Assembly (NCBI GenBank): GCA_958296135.2
Contig: CATQHZ020000001.1
Coordinates: 2,400,001-2,464,000 of the forward strand
Reading direction: 5' to 3'
DNA from: an uncultured Poribacteria bacterium
Lineage (GTDB): Bacteria; Poribacteria; WGA-4E; WGA-3G
Length of the DNA: 64,000 nt
Shown here piece by piece: positions 19,905-30,281 of this stretch. Made by a program: the position numbers and the translations under genes. Position 1 is the first letter of the stretch. Each line of letters begins with the position of its first letter. The notes under the pieces were generated by a model. The model did not search any database. It was given only the letters and a program-made list of their open reading frames with translations, and had not been told where the DNA came from.

Positions 19905-20480
19905 TTGATAGTCTATCGCGGGGCAGGCATTAGCAGTCACTGGTATGTCAACAATCCGGCAGAGACAGGGTTTACTGCTAGAGCACCTCACACATCTCCT
20001 ACCCCGGAACGGCTGATGCAACATATTTCTCGCGGCACCGGCAACAGTCCATTTATATCGCTCACGCGTTCATACGCTGTTGCGCGGCACTACGCAGTGC
20101 TCAGCAGCGCGCGCATTCCTACGCCTCGCGATCCGGCCTACGTTTACGAAGTAGAGATGGAGTTCCCGCTACTCTCGGGGTTCCAACTTTTGGATCCTGT
20201 CAAAGAAGTCGCGCGGATCCTACCGGACCTGGCGAGTCAGGGGCCGCCTTATCAACACGATGGGATACCCAATTTCTTGCTCGGTGTCATCGATCCGGAG
20301 AACATGACAGAGTTTCTGGAAAAACATGCGCCGCAGCCCCCATCTAGCGAAGGCACCCCGCGCCCGCCAAATCTGTCAATTGAATTAGAGACGCTGGTGC
20401 GGGCCCTACGCGACGCGGAAATTCTGGCACTCGGCATCATCCCAGGTATTTGCGTTAAGAACTGTTTTAGAGTCTCTTAG
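19905..20480 (+). CDS. Enterotoxin/pierisin-like (R-S-E clade) ADP-ribosyltransferase domain protein
   Basis: VYRG (R5), LMQHISRG (H40), FISLT (S52-T54), YVYEV and D170-A-E172 in DAEILALGIIP. Order and spacing are collinear with cholera toxin A1 motifs as recalled. Confidence 0.7.
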   Translation: MIVYRGAGISSHWYVNNPAETGFTARAPHTSPTPERLMQHISRGTGNSPFISLTRSYAVARHYAVLSSARIPTPRDPAYVYEVEMEFPLLSGFQLLDPVKEVARILPDLASQGPPYQHDGIPNFLLGVIDPENMTEFLEKHAPQPPSSEGTPRPPNLSIELETLVRALRDAEILALGIIPGICVKNCFRVS

Positions 20481-20528
20481 ATTCCTAGGTAAGCCAACCA
20501 GCGAGCACATAAGAATAGGAGCATACTG

Positions 20529-20882
20529 ATGAACTACATAGACGATCACGCCAACCACGTCGATTATACGCTGAAGATAATTGACATAGACGGACGCGTG
20601 CCCAACATCGATGCCATTGAATTCCTGTGGATAGAACGTCCTTATTGGCAGGGGCACCGATACGGCCCCTTTGCACGGGTGCGCTATGCTCTCAACGGTG
20701 TTGAACAAATCAACGGCTTCCCCATGGACGTGGACAAAGGCATCTTCCTCCACGTTTACGATGATGAATTGGCCGAAAAACTCCGAAAAATCGCACCGAA
20801 AATCGTTGAAATCCTTCAAGAGGATCTCAGAAAAACGCCCACCGGAGCCGAGCGCTTTGTCTCTCCTTTCGCGGAAAACTAG
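20529..20882 (+). CDS. Acidic hypothetical protein, candidate immunity/antitoxin partner
   Basis: 117 aa with AGGAG SD, directly downstream of the ART-like gene. Confidence 0.7.
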   Translation: MNYIDDHANHVDYTLKIIDIDGRVPNIDAIEFLWIERPYWQGHRYGPFARVRYALNGVEQINGFPMDVDKGIFLHVYDDELAEKLRKIAPKIVEILQEDLRKTPTGAERFVSPFAEN

Positions 20883-21054
20883 CCCGGATCTGGAAACCCG
20901 ACGCGGGAATTCTTTCGGAACCTTAACGCAAAGTCGCACCGTCATCAATGGCGGAACACGCCAAATTCTTCAAGAGGATGCCGAGCGCAGCCGCAAGAAA
21001 ATCTAAATTCCGTGCGCGGAACGCGCACAGACCTAACTACCTGAGGGGAAAATT

Positions 21055-22872
21055 TTGAGTGCTTATGAAACTTACGACTACGACATATTAATAATCGGAG
21101 CAGGAGGTGCCGGCCTTCGCGCCGCGATTGAAGCCGCCGCTAGTAATCTCTCCGTCGGATTGATTTGCAAATCCTTACTCGGCAAAGCGCATACTGTCAT
21201 GGCGGAAGGCGGAGTCGCCGCCGCCCTCGCCAACGTGGACGAAAGAGACAACTGGCGGGTCCACTTCGCCGATACAATGCGCGGCGGGCAATATCTCTCC
21301 AATGCACGAATGGCTGAACTCCACGCCAAGGAGGCACCAGAACAGGTGCGCGAATTAGAAGCATGGGGCGCGCTCTTCGACCGGACAGCAGACGGCAGCA
21401 TCCTCCAACGCAACTTCGGCGGGCATCAATACCCGCGCCTCGCACACGTTGGCGACCGGACGGGATTAGAGATGATCCGTGCCTTGCAAGACCACGGTAT
21501 CCATCAAGGCATTGAGGTGCACATGGAACACACCATCGTATCCCTCCTCAAAAACGGCGAACGCATCGCCGGTGCCTTCGGATATGAACGCGAAAAAGGT
21601 AGGTTCAAAATCTTCTCGGCGAAGGCGGTTGTCCTCGCAACAGGCGGCATTGGAAAGGCATACAAAGTTACCAGCAACAGTTGGGAATACACCGGCGACG
21701 GACATTCCCTCGCTTACCACGCAGGCGCGGAACTCATTGATATGGAGTTCGTCCAATTCCATCCGACCGGGATGGTATGGCCACCGAGCGTGCGCGGCAT
21801 CTTGGTGACAGAAGGCGTTCGCGGCGAAGGCGGTATCCTTACAAATAGTGAAGGACGACGCTTTATGTTTGACGATATCCCCGAACTCTACAAAAACCAA
21901 ACCGCCGATAACCCCGAAGAAGGATGGCGATACACGCAAGGCGACAGAGACGCACGACGGCCACCAGAACTGCTCACCCGCGACCATGTCGCACGATGCA
22001 TCGTGCGGGAGGTGGAAGAAGGACGCGGCAGTCCACACGGCGGTGTCTTCTTGGATATCGCTTGGATAAAGGAGAAACTGCCGAACGCCGCAGAACACAT
22101 CCGCAGAAAACTGCCGAGCATGTATCACCAATTCAAGGAACTCGCCGATATCGACATCACGGTGGAACCGATGGAAGTGGGACCGACAACACACTACATC
22201 ATGGGAGGCATTCGTGTCGATGCCGACACCCAGATGACGGCGGTACCCGGGCTCTTCGCCGCAGGCGAATGCGCAGCCGGATTACACGGCGCAAACCGAC
22301 TCGGCGGGAATTCCCTCTCCGACCTGCTCGTTTTTGGAAAGCGCGCAGGCGAATACGCCGCACAATTTGCAGCGGAAAACGGAAACGCTCAGATTGACAC
22401 GGCGCAGGTAGACGCTATAGCCGCCGAAGTACTGAAACCTTTTGAGAATAGCCCAGAGGGAGACAACCCCTACCAAATTCAGGCGCAACTTCAAGAGATG
22501 ATGCAGGAACTTGTCGGAATCGCGCGAAGCCAAGAAAGCCTGACGCAGGCGTTGGAAGAAATCCAGGGACTCGCCGAAAAAGCGCGCGCCGTTCACGCCA
22601 TCGGCAATCGCGAATATAACGCCGGATGGCACACCGCGCTCGATCTGGACAACCTCCTCACCGTATCCGAGGCAATCGCACTCGCCGCGCTAGAACGAAG
22701 AGCCAGCATCGGCGCGCATTCACGCGACGATTATCCGGAGAAGGAAGAGCCCAGGGCCGGCAAATATAACACCGTTATCCAGAAGACACCCGATGGCACG
22801 ATGACAATTCGACGGAATCTTATCCCCGAACTGCGGGAAGATTTACAAACAATCATCGCGGAAATGGGGTAA
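21055..22872 (+). CDS. sdhA: Succinate dehydrogenase/fumarate reductase flavoprotein subunit
   Basis: IIGAGGAGL, AHTVMAEGG, QFHPTG and HGANRLGGNSL. Confidence 0.95.
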   Translation: MSAYETYDYDILIIGAGGAGLRAAIEAAASNLSVGLICKSLLGKAHTVMAEGGVAAALANVDERDNWRVHFADTMRGGQYLSNARMAELHAKEAPEQVRELEAWGALFDRTADGSILQRNFGGHQYPRLAHVGDRTGLEMIRALQDHGIHQGIEVHMEHTIVSLLKNGERIAGAFGYEREKGRFKIFSAKAVVLATGGIGKAYKVTSNSWEYTGDGHSLAYHAGAELIDMEFVQFHPTGMVWPPSVRGILVTEGVRGEGGILTNSEGRRFMFDDIPELYKNQTADNPEEGWRYTQGDRDARRPPELLTRDHVARCIVREVEEGRGSPHGGVFLDIAWIKEKLPNAAEHIRRKLPSMYHQFKELADIDITVEPMEVGPTTHYIMGGIRVDADTQMTAVPGLFAAGECAAGLHGANRLGGNSLSDLLVFGKRAGEYAAQFAAENGNAQIDTAQVDAIAAEVLKPFENSPEGDNPYQIQAQLQEMMQELVGIARSQESLTQALEEIQGLAEKARAVHAIGNREYNAGWHTALDLDNLLTVSEAIALAALERRASIGAHSRDDYPEKEEPRAGKYNTVIQKTPDGTMTIRRNLIPELREDLQTIIAEMG

Positions 22873-22934
22873 CACCACATTAACCTTCGTCGTTCGGGCT
22901 CACCAGAGCCCAAACACGCGCAAAGGGACGAAAC

Positions 22935-23675
22935 ATGGCGAAAACAACGTTTAGAATCTGGCGCGGAGACGCTAACCATGCCAAATTTGTCGAGTATGAA
23001 ACCGATATCTCCGAAGGCATGGTAGTCCTTGATGCCATCCACCGAATCCAAGCGGAACAGGCAAATGACCTGGCTGTTCGATGGAACTGCAAGGCGGGAA
23101 AATGCGGCTCCTGTTCCGCCGAAATCAACGGCAATCCCAAATTGATGTGCATGACGCGCATGAGCGATTTGCCCGAAGACCAGCCGATAACGGTAGAACC
23201 GATGCGCGCCTTCCCACTTATCAAAGACCTGGTTACGGACGTATCCTGGAACTTCAAGGTCAAAGAAAAAATGAAGCCGTTTACGCCGCGCCCACCGGAT
23301 GCCGAAGATGGAACATGGCGCATGGAACAAGAGGACATCGATCACGTCCAAGAGTTCCGGAAGTGCATCGAGTGCTTTCTGTGCCAAGATGTCTGCCATG
23401 TCCTCCGAGAACATGAACTCCATGAGGAATTTATCGGACCGCGCCTCTTCGTCTACGCGGCATCGTTAGAGATGCACCCAATCGACACCGAAAACCGACT
23501 CGCCGAGTTGAAAGACACGGATGGCATCGGGTATTGCAACATCACGAAGTGTTGCACGAAGGTCTGCCCGGAGCATATCACGATTACGGATAATGCGATT
23601 ATCCCGCTGAAAGAGCGCGTCGTTGATGAATTCTACGATCCGGTGAAAAAACTCTTCCGCATTTTTAGTTCATAG
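22935..23675 (+). CDS. sdhB: Succinate dehydrogenase/fumarate reductase iron-sulfur subunit
   Basis: CKAGKCGSC, CIECFLCQDVC and CNITKCCTKVCP cysteine clusters. Confidence 0.95.
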   Translation: MAKTTFRIWRGDANHAKFVEYETDISEGMVVLDAIHRIQAEQANDLAVRWNCKAGKCGSCSAEINGNPKLMCMTRMSDLPEDQPITVEPMRAFPLIKDLVTDVSWNFKVKEKMKPFTPRPPDAEDGTWRMEQEDIDHVQEFRKCIECFLCQDVCHVLREHELHEEFIGPRLFVYAASLEMHPIDTENRLAELKDTDGIGYCNITKCCTKVCPEHITITDNAIIPLKERVVDEFYDPVKKLFRIFSS

Positions 23676-23811
23676 TTAGGATAGACAGACAATTCATAAG
23701 GACCGGCAGGCGCGCTTTCCACGCGCGCACCTCTATTGAGCGCGCGGTTGCAAGCCACGCCTACTGGGCCCATTCTCGTCTATCCCGTAAGAAAACAAGG
23801 AGGAAAAATAA

Positions 23812-25764
23812 ATGAAACTTACAAGACACATTCCTTCGCTTTTCTGCCTCGTGCTGCTCGCGTTGGCACACGCGGGGTGCCTCGGCGGCGGCGCGGCTCG
23901 CAACGCCGAGAAACTCGTTGAGGCGAAGGATTACCGCGGCGCACTGGAGGTTTATCAAAGCATCGTTGATACGAAACCCGGCACGCCGGAAGCACATCAG
24001 GCACAGCTCGCCATCGGCAAACTGTCGATTGAGCGGATGAACCAACCTGCAGCTGGCCTCAACGCATACCAAACCGTTGTTTCGGAAGCACCGGAGAGCG
24101 ATGAAGCAGCCGAAGCGCACTACCAACTCGGCATGCACTACTACCGTCAAAAGGAATTTGAGGCCGCGCAGAACGAGTTTGACACGATTGTCAACCAATT
24201 TCCGCAGCTGGAATTGAGTCACAACGCGCAACTGATGTTGGCAAAAAGCTACGAGGAAGCGCAGAACTTTGAACAAGCCGTAGAAGTTTTCGATAACTTC
24301 GCCAATCGCAACCCGCGGAGTGAGCGCGCAGCGCAAGCGATCGCGAATAAAGCGCGTATCCAGCGCACGCACCTTAAAAACGAGGATGAAGCGAAGCGCA
24401 CGTATCAGTCTCTTGTGAAGCGGTACGGCAAAGTTGAAGGCACTGAAAAAGAAATTGAGAAGGCGAAGCAAGAACTGACCGCGCTCGGCGCAAGCATCCC
24501 CAAACCCGATGACCCGCTGGCAACGCAGCATGGTAGAGCCCTCGCGCAACAGGAGGCACGCCGCGAACGCGACCGGCCCCGCGGGGGTGTTGAGAAGAGC
24601 CGTGCCATGGGCAACATGGGACTCCAAATTGCGGACTCAGGATTCGGTGTGAGCGCGTCAGAGGTGATGCGCAACTTCGGCGGCCAGACCGCCATCGCCG
24701 GGGATGAACAAGGCAGCTTCCACGACGCGGAGCTCATGATTGCCAACTTCTTCTACGGCGATGAAAATTATCGCGACGCAGGCGCGCTCTACTTCGATGC
24801 AGTCGCGCGTGCAGAGGCAAACAAAGAGAAAATCGATCCTTACAGTTACCTCAAGTTATCTGTCTGCTACCGAAAAGTCGGGATGCATCAACGCGCCAAA
24901 GAAGTGTTGAAAAAAGCCGCCAGCCGAGATAGCAAGGTCGTTGAAGCAGTCGTCAGCACAGGACGAAATCAGTATACCAACGAAGAATACGAAAAGGCGA
25001 TAGAAACCTACAACTCCGTCGTCGGGCTCAATCGCAATCGAGATTCAGAGGTATATTGGCTCATCTCGCTTGCCTACAAAAAGTTAGGCGAACCGGAGAA
25101 GGAGCGGGAAGTGCTTGAACGTTCGGTTGCCGCGAATACGATGAACGCTGATGCGCTGCAAAGCCTCGCCGAAGTGCTTCACTACCGATTGAAAGACCGG
25201 AAAACCGCCGCGATTTACCAAGACCTGGTTGATGAAAAGGGCGATTCTTACCTCGCCTCAAAAACCCTCGGAAATCTCTGCTATCAGCACGAGAACTACG
25301 TGCAAGCCAGATCGAAGTATCGTGCCGCCGCGCGGACAGCGAAGCGCATCCTCAACAAATCGGAAAGCGATGCAGAGAAGCGGGAACTCCGCAACCAGGT
25401 GGTATACGCCACTATCCTCGCCGCACGCGCAACGTTCCAATTGAAGGGGGTAGAAGCCGCGCAGGAGATGATTGACGAATTGGCAGCCGAATACCCGGAA
25501 CACGCCTTGATTCCGTATGGCAGAGGCGAAATCGCGATGCTCAATAGCGACGCGGAAACGGCCGTCGCCGCTTTCAAAGAATCAATTGAGAAGGCCCCGC
25601 TCTCGGACATCCCGCTGATAGCCCTCGGCGACTACTACGTCTCACAAGGCTACAACGACGACGCGATTGCCCTCTGGGAAGAGTTCTTGAAAACGAACCA
25701 GTATAACCAGAAGGTCCAGCGTCGGTTGAAAACGTTGCAGGCATCCCTTGAAGACGGGGAATAG
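23812..25764 (+). CDS. TPR-repeat lipoprotein
   Basis: Lipobox-like LAHAGC, many TPR helices and GGAGG SD. Confidence 0.85.
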   Translation: MKLTRHIPSLFCLVLLALAHAGCLGGGAARNAEKLVEAKDYRGALEVYQSIVDTKPGTPEAHQAQLAIGKLSIERMNQPAAGLNAYQTVVSEAPESDEAAEAHYQLGMHYYRQKEFEAAQNEFDTIVNQFPQLELSHNAQLMLAKSYEEAQNFEQAVEVFDNFANRNPRSERAAQAIANKARIQRTHLKNEDEAKRTYQSLVKRYGKVEGTEKEIEKAKQELTALGASIPKPDDPLATQHGRALAQQEARRERDRPRGGVEKSRAMGNMGLQIADSGFGVSASEVMRNFGGQTAIAGDEQGSFHDAELMIANFFYGDENYRDAGALYFDAVARAEANKEKIDPYSYLKLSVCYRKVGMHQRAKEVLKKAASRDSKVVEAVVSTGRNQYTNEEYEKAIETYNSVVGLNRNRDSEVYWLISLAYKKLGEPEKEREVLERSVAANTMNADALQSLAEVLHYRLKDRKTAAIYQDLVDEKGDSYLASKTLGNLCYQHENYVQARSKYRAAARTAKRILNKSESDAEKRELRNQVVYATILAARATFQLKGVEAAQEMIDELAAEYPEHALIPYGRGEIAMLNSDAETAVAAFKESIEKAPLSDIPLIALGDYYVSQGYNDDAIALWEEFLKTNQYNQKVQRRLKTLQASLEDGE

Positions 25765-25850
25765 TGAGCTGATTCTGTTTGGACAGCAAGGGCGGATGTC
25801 TATATCCGCCCCTACAATCAAACAAGACGATGAGGCTTTTTTGAAAAAAC

Positions 25851-25879
25851 TTGACATTTCTCAGTTAATAAGGTATAAT
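25851..25879 (+). promoter_or_regulatory. Consensus sigma70 promoter TTGACA-N17-TATAAT for rho
   Basis: Exact consensus read from the sequence. Confidence 0.85.
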
Positions 25880-26058
25880 TACGTTAATGGCGAAGTTTGC
25901 AAGCCCATCTTGACTTGAATTTCGTCGGGCTTCTGCGAGCAGCGCGTTAGACATTCCCGCAGGCACCATCGCCTACACCGCTTGCGAACGCATTTCGCCC
26001 AGACCCAGATTACATAATCGTCTGCCATGTGCGGACTTTTAGAGGAGTATTAGAAATT

Positions 26059-27390
26059 ATGGAGAGCTTGGACATTCGCAAGCTCCAAGAGATGGAGTTA
26101 TCAGAACTCCAAACCCTTGCACTCGAATCCGGAGTTGAGGAGTATACCGGGCTTCGGAAAGAAGATTTGATAGACCAGATGATAGAGGCGAAAGCGGACG
26201 GGGAGACACAGTTTTACGGTGGCGGCGTTCTCGAAATCCTGGATGACCGGGAGCAAAACTACGGGTTTCTCCGCTCTTCGCGCTCCAATTATTTGCAGAG
26301 CAACGAGGACATCTATGTCTCATCGTCTCAAATCCGGCGGTTTGATTTGCGGACAGGGCATGTCGTTGAGGGCGTCGTCCGTCCACCCAAGCGGGCGGAA
26401 AACAAGGCGGAACGTTATTTCGCTATGTTGCAGATCGAGAAGGTGAATAGCGAATCGCCAGAACTCGCCAAGCGGAAACCCCTTTTCAAGAATCTCGTGC
26501 CTATCCACCCCTATCAACAACTGAAATTGGAGCACAAACCATCGGAATTCGCGACGCGCATGGTAGATTTGCTCTCACCCATCGGGAAGGGGCAGCGCGG
26601 CTTGATTGTCGCACCACCTTACAGCGGGAAAACCACGCTGTTGAAGAACATCGCCGCCGGCATTGAGGCAAACCATCCGGAAGTCTCACTCATTTTTCTA
26701 CTGATTGATGAACGCCCGGAAGAGGTGACAGATGTCGCGCGCTCTGTCAAAGGTGAAGTGATTAGCTCGACCTTTGATGAACATCCTGAACGGCACATCC
26801 AAGTCGCGGAAATGGCGATCGAGAAAGCCAAACGGTGGGCCGAATACGGAAAGGATGTCGTCATCCTCTTAGACAGTATGACACGGCTCGCGAGAGCCCA
26901 CAACGTGATGGCACCGCACAGCGGCAAAACGCTGAGCGGCGGACTTGATGCCATGGCGTTCGTCAAACCGCGGCAATTCTGCGGGGCAGCACGGAAGTTT
27001 GAAGAGGGCGGCAGCATCACCGTCATCGCATCCGTACTCGTGGATACGGAAAGCCGCGCCGATGAATACATCTATGAGGAATTCAAAGGCACGGCGAACA
27101 TGGAAATCCACTTGGAGCGTTCGCTGTTAGACCGGCGCATTTTCCCATCGATTAACATCGAAAAGTCAAAAACACGGCGGGAAGAACTCCTGCTCGCACC
27201 CGATGTGCTGAACAAAGTCTGGGTGCTCCGGAAGTTCACCAGTCAGATGGATACCGCCGAATCCATGGAACTGCTCGTTGAACAGTTCAGCCGGACCCGC
27301 ACGAACGAAGAGTTTCTGGAGATGATGGTAGACAACACGAGGCGCAGTGCCCCCTCACGGGCGCGAACCCGGCAGAAGTCTACCTTATAG
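26059..27390 (+). CDS. rho: Transcription termination factor Rho
   Basis: YGFLRS, DIYVSSSQIRRF, PIGKGQRGLIVAPPYSGKT and EEFKGTANME. Confidence 0.97.
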   Translation: MESLDIRKLQEMELSELQTLALESGVEEYTGLRKEDLIDQMIEAKADGETQFYGGGVLEILDDREQNYGFLRSSRSNYLQSNEDIYVSSSQIRRFDLRTGHVVEGVVRPPKRAENKAERYFAMLQIEKVNSESPELAKRKPLFKNLVPIHPYQQLKLEHKPSEFATRMVDLLSPIGKGQRGLIVAPPYSGKTTLLKNIAAGIEANHPEVSLIFLLIDERPEEVTDVARSVKGEVISSTFDEHPERHIQVAEMAIEKAKRWAEYGKDVVILLDSMTRLARAHNVMAPHSGKTLSGGLDAMAFVKPRQFCGAARKFEEGGSITVIASVLVDTESRADEYIYEEFKGTANMEIHLERSLLDRRIFPSINIEKSKTRREELLLAPDVLNKVWVLRKFTSQMDTAESMELLVEQFSRTRTNEEFLEMMVDNTRRSAPSRARTRQKSTL

Positions 27391-27540
27391 ACGCGCCTCC
27401 TCGGCGCACATCCGACGCGCTGGTTCATACACCATTAACCTCTGTAGCTTGAGCTCGCCTGAACTCAAACACAACGAGAATACGCACCCTCGTCCTACAG
27501 AATGCATTTGGGATAAGCGCGCACGAAAGGAGAATCCAAC

Positions 27541-27753
27541 ATGAAAACTGACATTCACCCTGAATTGGTGGAAGCCGTTATCACCTGTGTCTGTGGTGAA
27601 ACGCATAACACGCTGGCTCTCCAGCCACAGATGCGGGTAGATATTTGCAGCAAATGCCACCCATTTTACACAGGGCAGCAAGCTCGGTTTATCGATACAG
27701 CCGGGCGCGTTGAGAGCTTCCGTCGCCGCTACGGCCTCACCGCTGATAAGTAG
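27541..27753 (+). CDS. rpmE: 50S ribosomal protein L31, zinc-binding type
   Basis: MKTDIHP, CVCG and [10 protein letters not shown]...GRVESF. Confidence 0.95.
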   Translation: MKTDIHPELVEAVITCVCGETHNTLALQPQMRVDICSKCHPFYTGQQARFIDTAGRVESFRRRYGLTADK

Positions 27754-27910
27754 CCCACCTCGGTTACCGTAGAGCGAGGGACACCGTTACCCCTTAGGAA
27801 AGCCAGCCTGCGTCGCCCCGCGTCAGCAGGCTGACCGGCTCCCTCGCCGCGCCACCCGAAATTTAATCCGGACCGCCCGACGCGGCGGGCCGCGCGATGG
27901 AAATAGAAAC

Positions 27911-28978
27911 ATGTTTGAAAAACTGAAGGATATCGAATCCAAATACGCCGAAGTGGAGAAGGCCCTCGGAGATGCAACCCAGGTCTCGAACCAACAGCGG
28001 TTAATGGAGCTCTCTAAGATGCACGCGGAGCTCTCCCCAATCGTATCCACTTACCAAGAATACCAACAACTCGAATCGGAGATTGAGGAAACGCACGCCC
28101 TGAGCGAAACGGAAACCGACGACGAGATGGTAGAATTGGCGCAGGAAGAATTGGAGAGCCTCACCGCGCAAAAAGAGGAACTGACAGAGGCACTGAAACT
28201 CCTCCTCATCCCGAAGGACCCCAACGATGAAAAGAACGTCATCATCGAAATCCGGGCTGGCACCGGCGGTGAGGAGGCGAGTCTCTTCGCCGCAGAACTG
28301 TTCCGGATGTACGCCCGATTCGCCGAACGCCAGAATTGGAAAATCGAGCTGCTGAACTCCAACGCGACCGGGTTAAAAGGGTTCAAGGAAGTCGTCTTCT
28401 CCATCACCGGAGCAGGCGCGTACAGCCGCCTCAAGTATGAGGGCGGCATCCACCGCGTCCAGCGCATCCCTGCAACCGAGGCAAGCGGCCGCATCCACAC
28501 CTCCGCCGCAACCGTGGCGGTTCTCCCTGAAGCAGAAGAACTCGATATGGCAATCGACGAAGCAACCGAACTGCGCATCGATACCTACCGTTCCTCCGGC
28601 CCCGGCGGACAAAGCGTTAATACGACAGACTCGGCGATTCGGATTACACATCTGCCAACAGGCTTGATTGTAACGTGCCAAGACGAAAAGTCTCAACACA
28701 AAAACCGCTCCAAGGCGATGAAAATCCTCCGCGCGCGCCTGCAAGAAAGAAAACAGGCGGAACTCAACAAGGAACGCGCCCAAACGCGCCGCTCCATGGT
28801 AGGAAGTGGGGACAGGAGCGAGAAAATTCGCACCTATAACTTCCCACAATCCCGCGTAACCGATCATCGCATCCAATTCAGCTCCTATCAACTGGACGCA
28901 GTTTTAGACGGCGACCTCGGGGCGTTCATTGATAGGCTAACCACCGTAGATCAGGCAGAAAAACTGAAAGAGAGTTAG
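27911..28978 (+). CDS. prfA: Peptide chain release factor 1
   Basis: EIRAGTGG, PAT motif, GPGGQSVN and IRTYNFPQ. Confidence 0.97.
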   Translation: MFEKLKDIESKYAEVEKALGDATQVSNQQRLMELSKMHAELSPIVSTYQEYQQLESEIEETHALSETETDDEMVELAQEELESLTAQKEELTEALKLLLIPKDPNDEKNVIIEIRAGTGGEEASLFAAELFRMYARFAERQNWKIELLNSNATGLKGFKEVVFSITGAGAYSRLKYEGGIHRVQRIPATEASGRIHTSAATVAVLPEAEELDMAIDEATELRIDTYRSSGPGGQSVNTTDSAIRITHLPTGLIVTCQDEKSQHKNRSKAMKILRARLQERKQAELNKERAQTRRSMVGSGDRSEKIRTYNFPQSRVTDHRIQFSSYQLDAVLDGDLGAFIDRLTTVDQAEKLKES

Positions 28979-28986
28979 CACCGAAA

Positions 28987-29862
28987 ATGCCTACCCAAAT
29001 CTGGACTGTGAAGAAGTTGCTCCTTTGGACGACAGGATATTTTACGCAGCACGGCATCCCGAATCCACGTTTAGACGCAGAAGTCCTCCTCTCGCACCTG
29101 CTAGAGAAAAGCAGGTTGCAGCTCTATCTCGATTTTGATATGCCGATTTTTCAGGAACACCTCACGCCATTTCGCGAGTTCATCAAGAAACGCATCGCTC
29201 GGACACCTGTCAGTTATCTCACGAACCGGAAGGAATTCATGTCGTTAGATTTCTACGTCGATGAACGCGTCCTAATTCCGCGGCCAGAGACAGAACAGTT
29301 AGTTGAAACGGCTCTCACAGCGGGCTCGGAGGTGTCCTTGGAAGGCGCGTCTACCTTGCGAGCACTAGACCTCGGTACTGGCAGCGGCGTTATTGCCATC
29401 AGCCTCGCGGTGCAGCGGCCCGAATCGGACATCATCGCGACAGATATCTCTGAAGAGGCATTAGCCGTGGCACAGAAAAACGCCGAGACGCACAACTGCA
29501 CCGAGCACATCACCTTTCTCAAGGGCGACTTATTTGAACCAGTTACCGCGCGACATTTCGATTGGATACTCTGCAATCCGCCCTATATCAAATCAGCGGA
29601 ACGGGATACGCTCAGTGCCGATGTCCGCGACCGCGAGCCTGAAATCGCGCTCTTCGCGGGCGACGAAGGCTTAGCAGTCATCCGCCGTTTAATTGCGGAG
29701 GCACCCGACTACCTCGTGCCGAACGGGAAACTCATCTTTGAAATCGGCGACACGCAGGCGGCCGAGGTCTGCTCCTTGCTTGAAGCACAGCCTGCATATC
29801 GCACGTATGAGTTGCTAAAGGATTACGCGCAGAAAGAGCGCATCGTCCTCGCAAGCATATAG
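28987..29862 (+). CDS. prmC: Release factor glutamine methyltransferase
   Basis: LIPRPETE, LDLGTGSG and NPPY. Follows prfA. Confidence 0.95.
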   Translation: MPTQIWTVKKLLLWTTGYFTQHGIPNPRLDAEVLLSHLLEKSRLQLYLDFDMPIFQEHLTPFREFIKKRIARTPVSYLTNRKEFMSLDFYVDERVLIPRPETEQLVETALTAGSEVSLEGASTLRALDLGTGSGVIAISLAVQRPESDIIATDISEEALAVAQKNAETHNCTEHITFLKGDLFEPVTARHFDWILCNPPYIKSAERDTLSADVRDREPEIALFAGDEGLAVIRRLIAEAPDYLVPNGKLIFEIGDTQAAEVCSLLEAQPAYRTYELLKDYAQKERIVLASI

Positions 29863-29936
29863 CGGTTTCCAAGAAATCACCGCGATGTCCGTAGCGCGAG
29901 GGCCCGTTCCTCGCCGTTCCGCTAGTGCACCCTAAA

Positions 29937-30225
29937 TTATCCTAACTTGTACCGATTTGTCTCCAGCGGCCACTCACGAATCAGTCCCGTTTCAAGTTCC
30001 AGCGTCTGCTCAGGCTCCTCGGTGAATGCCACGGAGAAATAGACGAACTCTCCAAACATGCGAAGTTCAGTCCTAAGCTTCGAGTTCTCCTCATCGGAGA
30101 GATGCTGTAGCAAGCACCGGCGAATGCAGGTGGTAGAAATCCGCGCGTAGAGACGTTCGTAAGTTGCATCCTAATATTTGACGTTAAAGAGGCCTGTATA
30201 GGGGATTGGGATTCGCGCATCAGTG
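29937..30225 (-). pseudogene. Degenerate GIY-YIG-like nuclease remnant
   Basis: Manual translation: PYTGLFNVKY*DATYERLYARISTTCIRRCLLQHLSDEENSKL...LELETGLIREW...TNRYKLG*. Confidence 0.4.
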
Positions 30226-30281
30226 GCTCCTGAAAATGAAAAACGTTGGCATTCCTGCACAAATTGGTGTATACTATTGAT

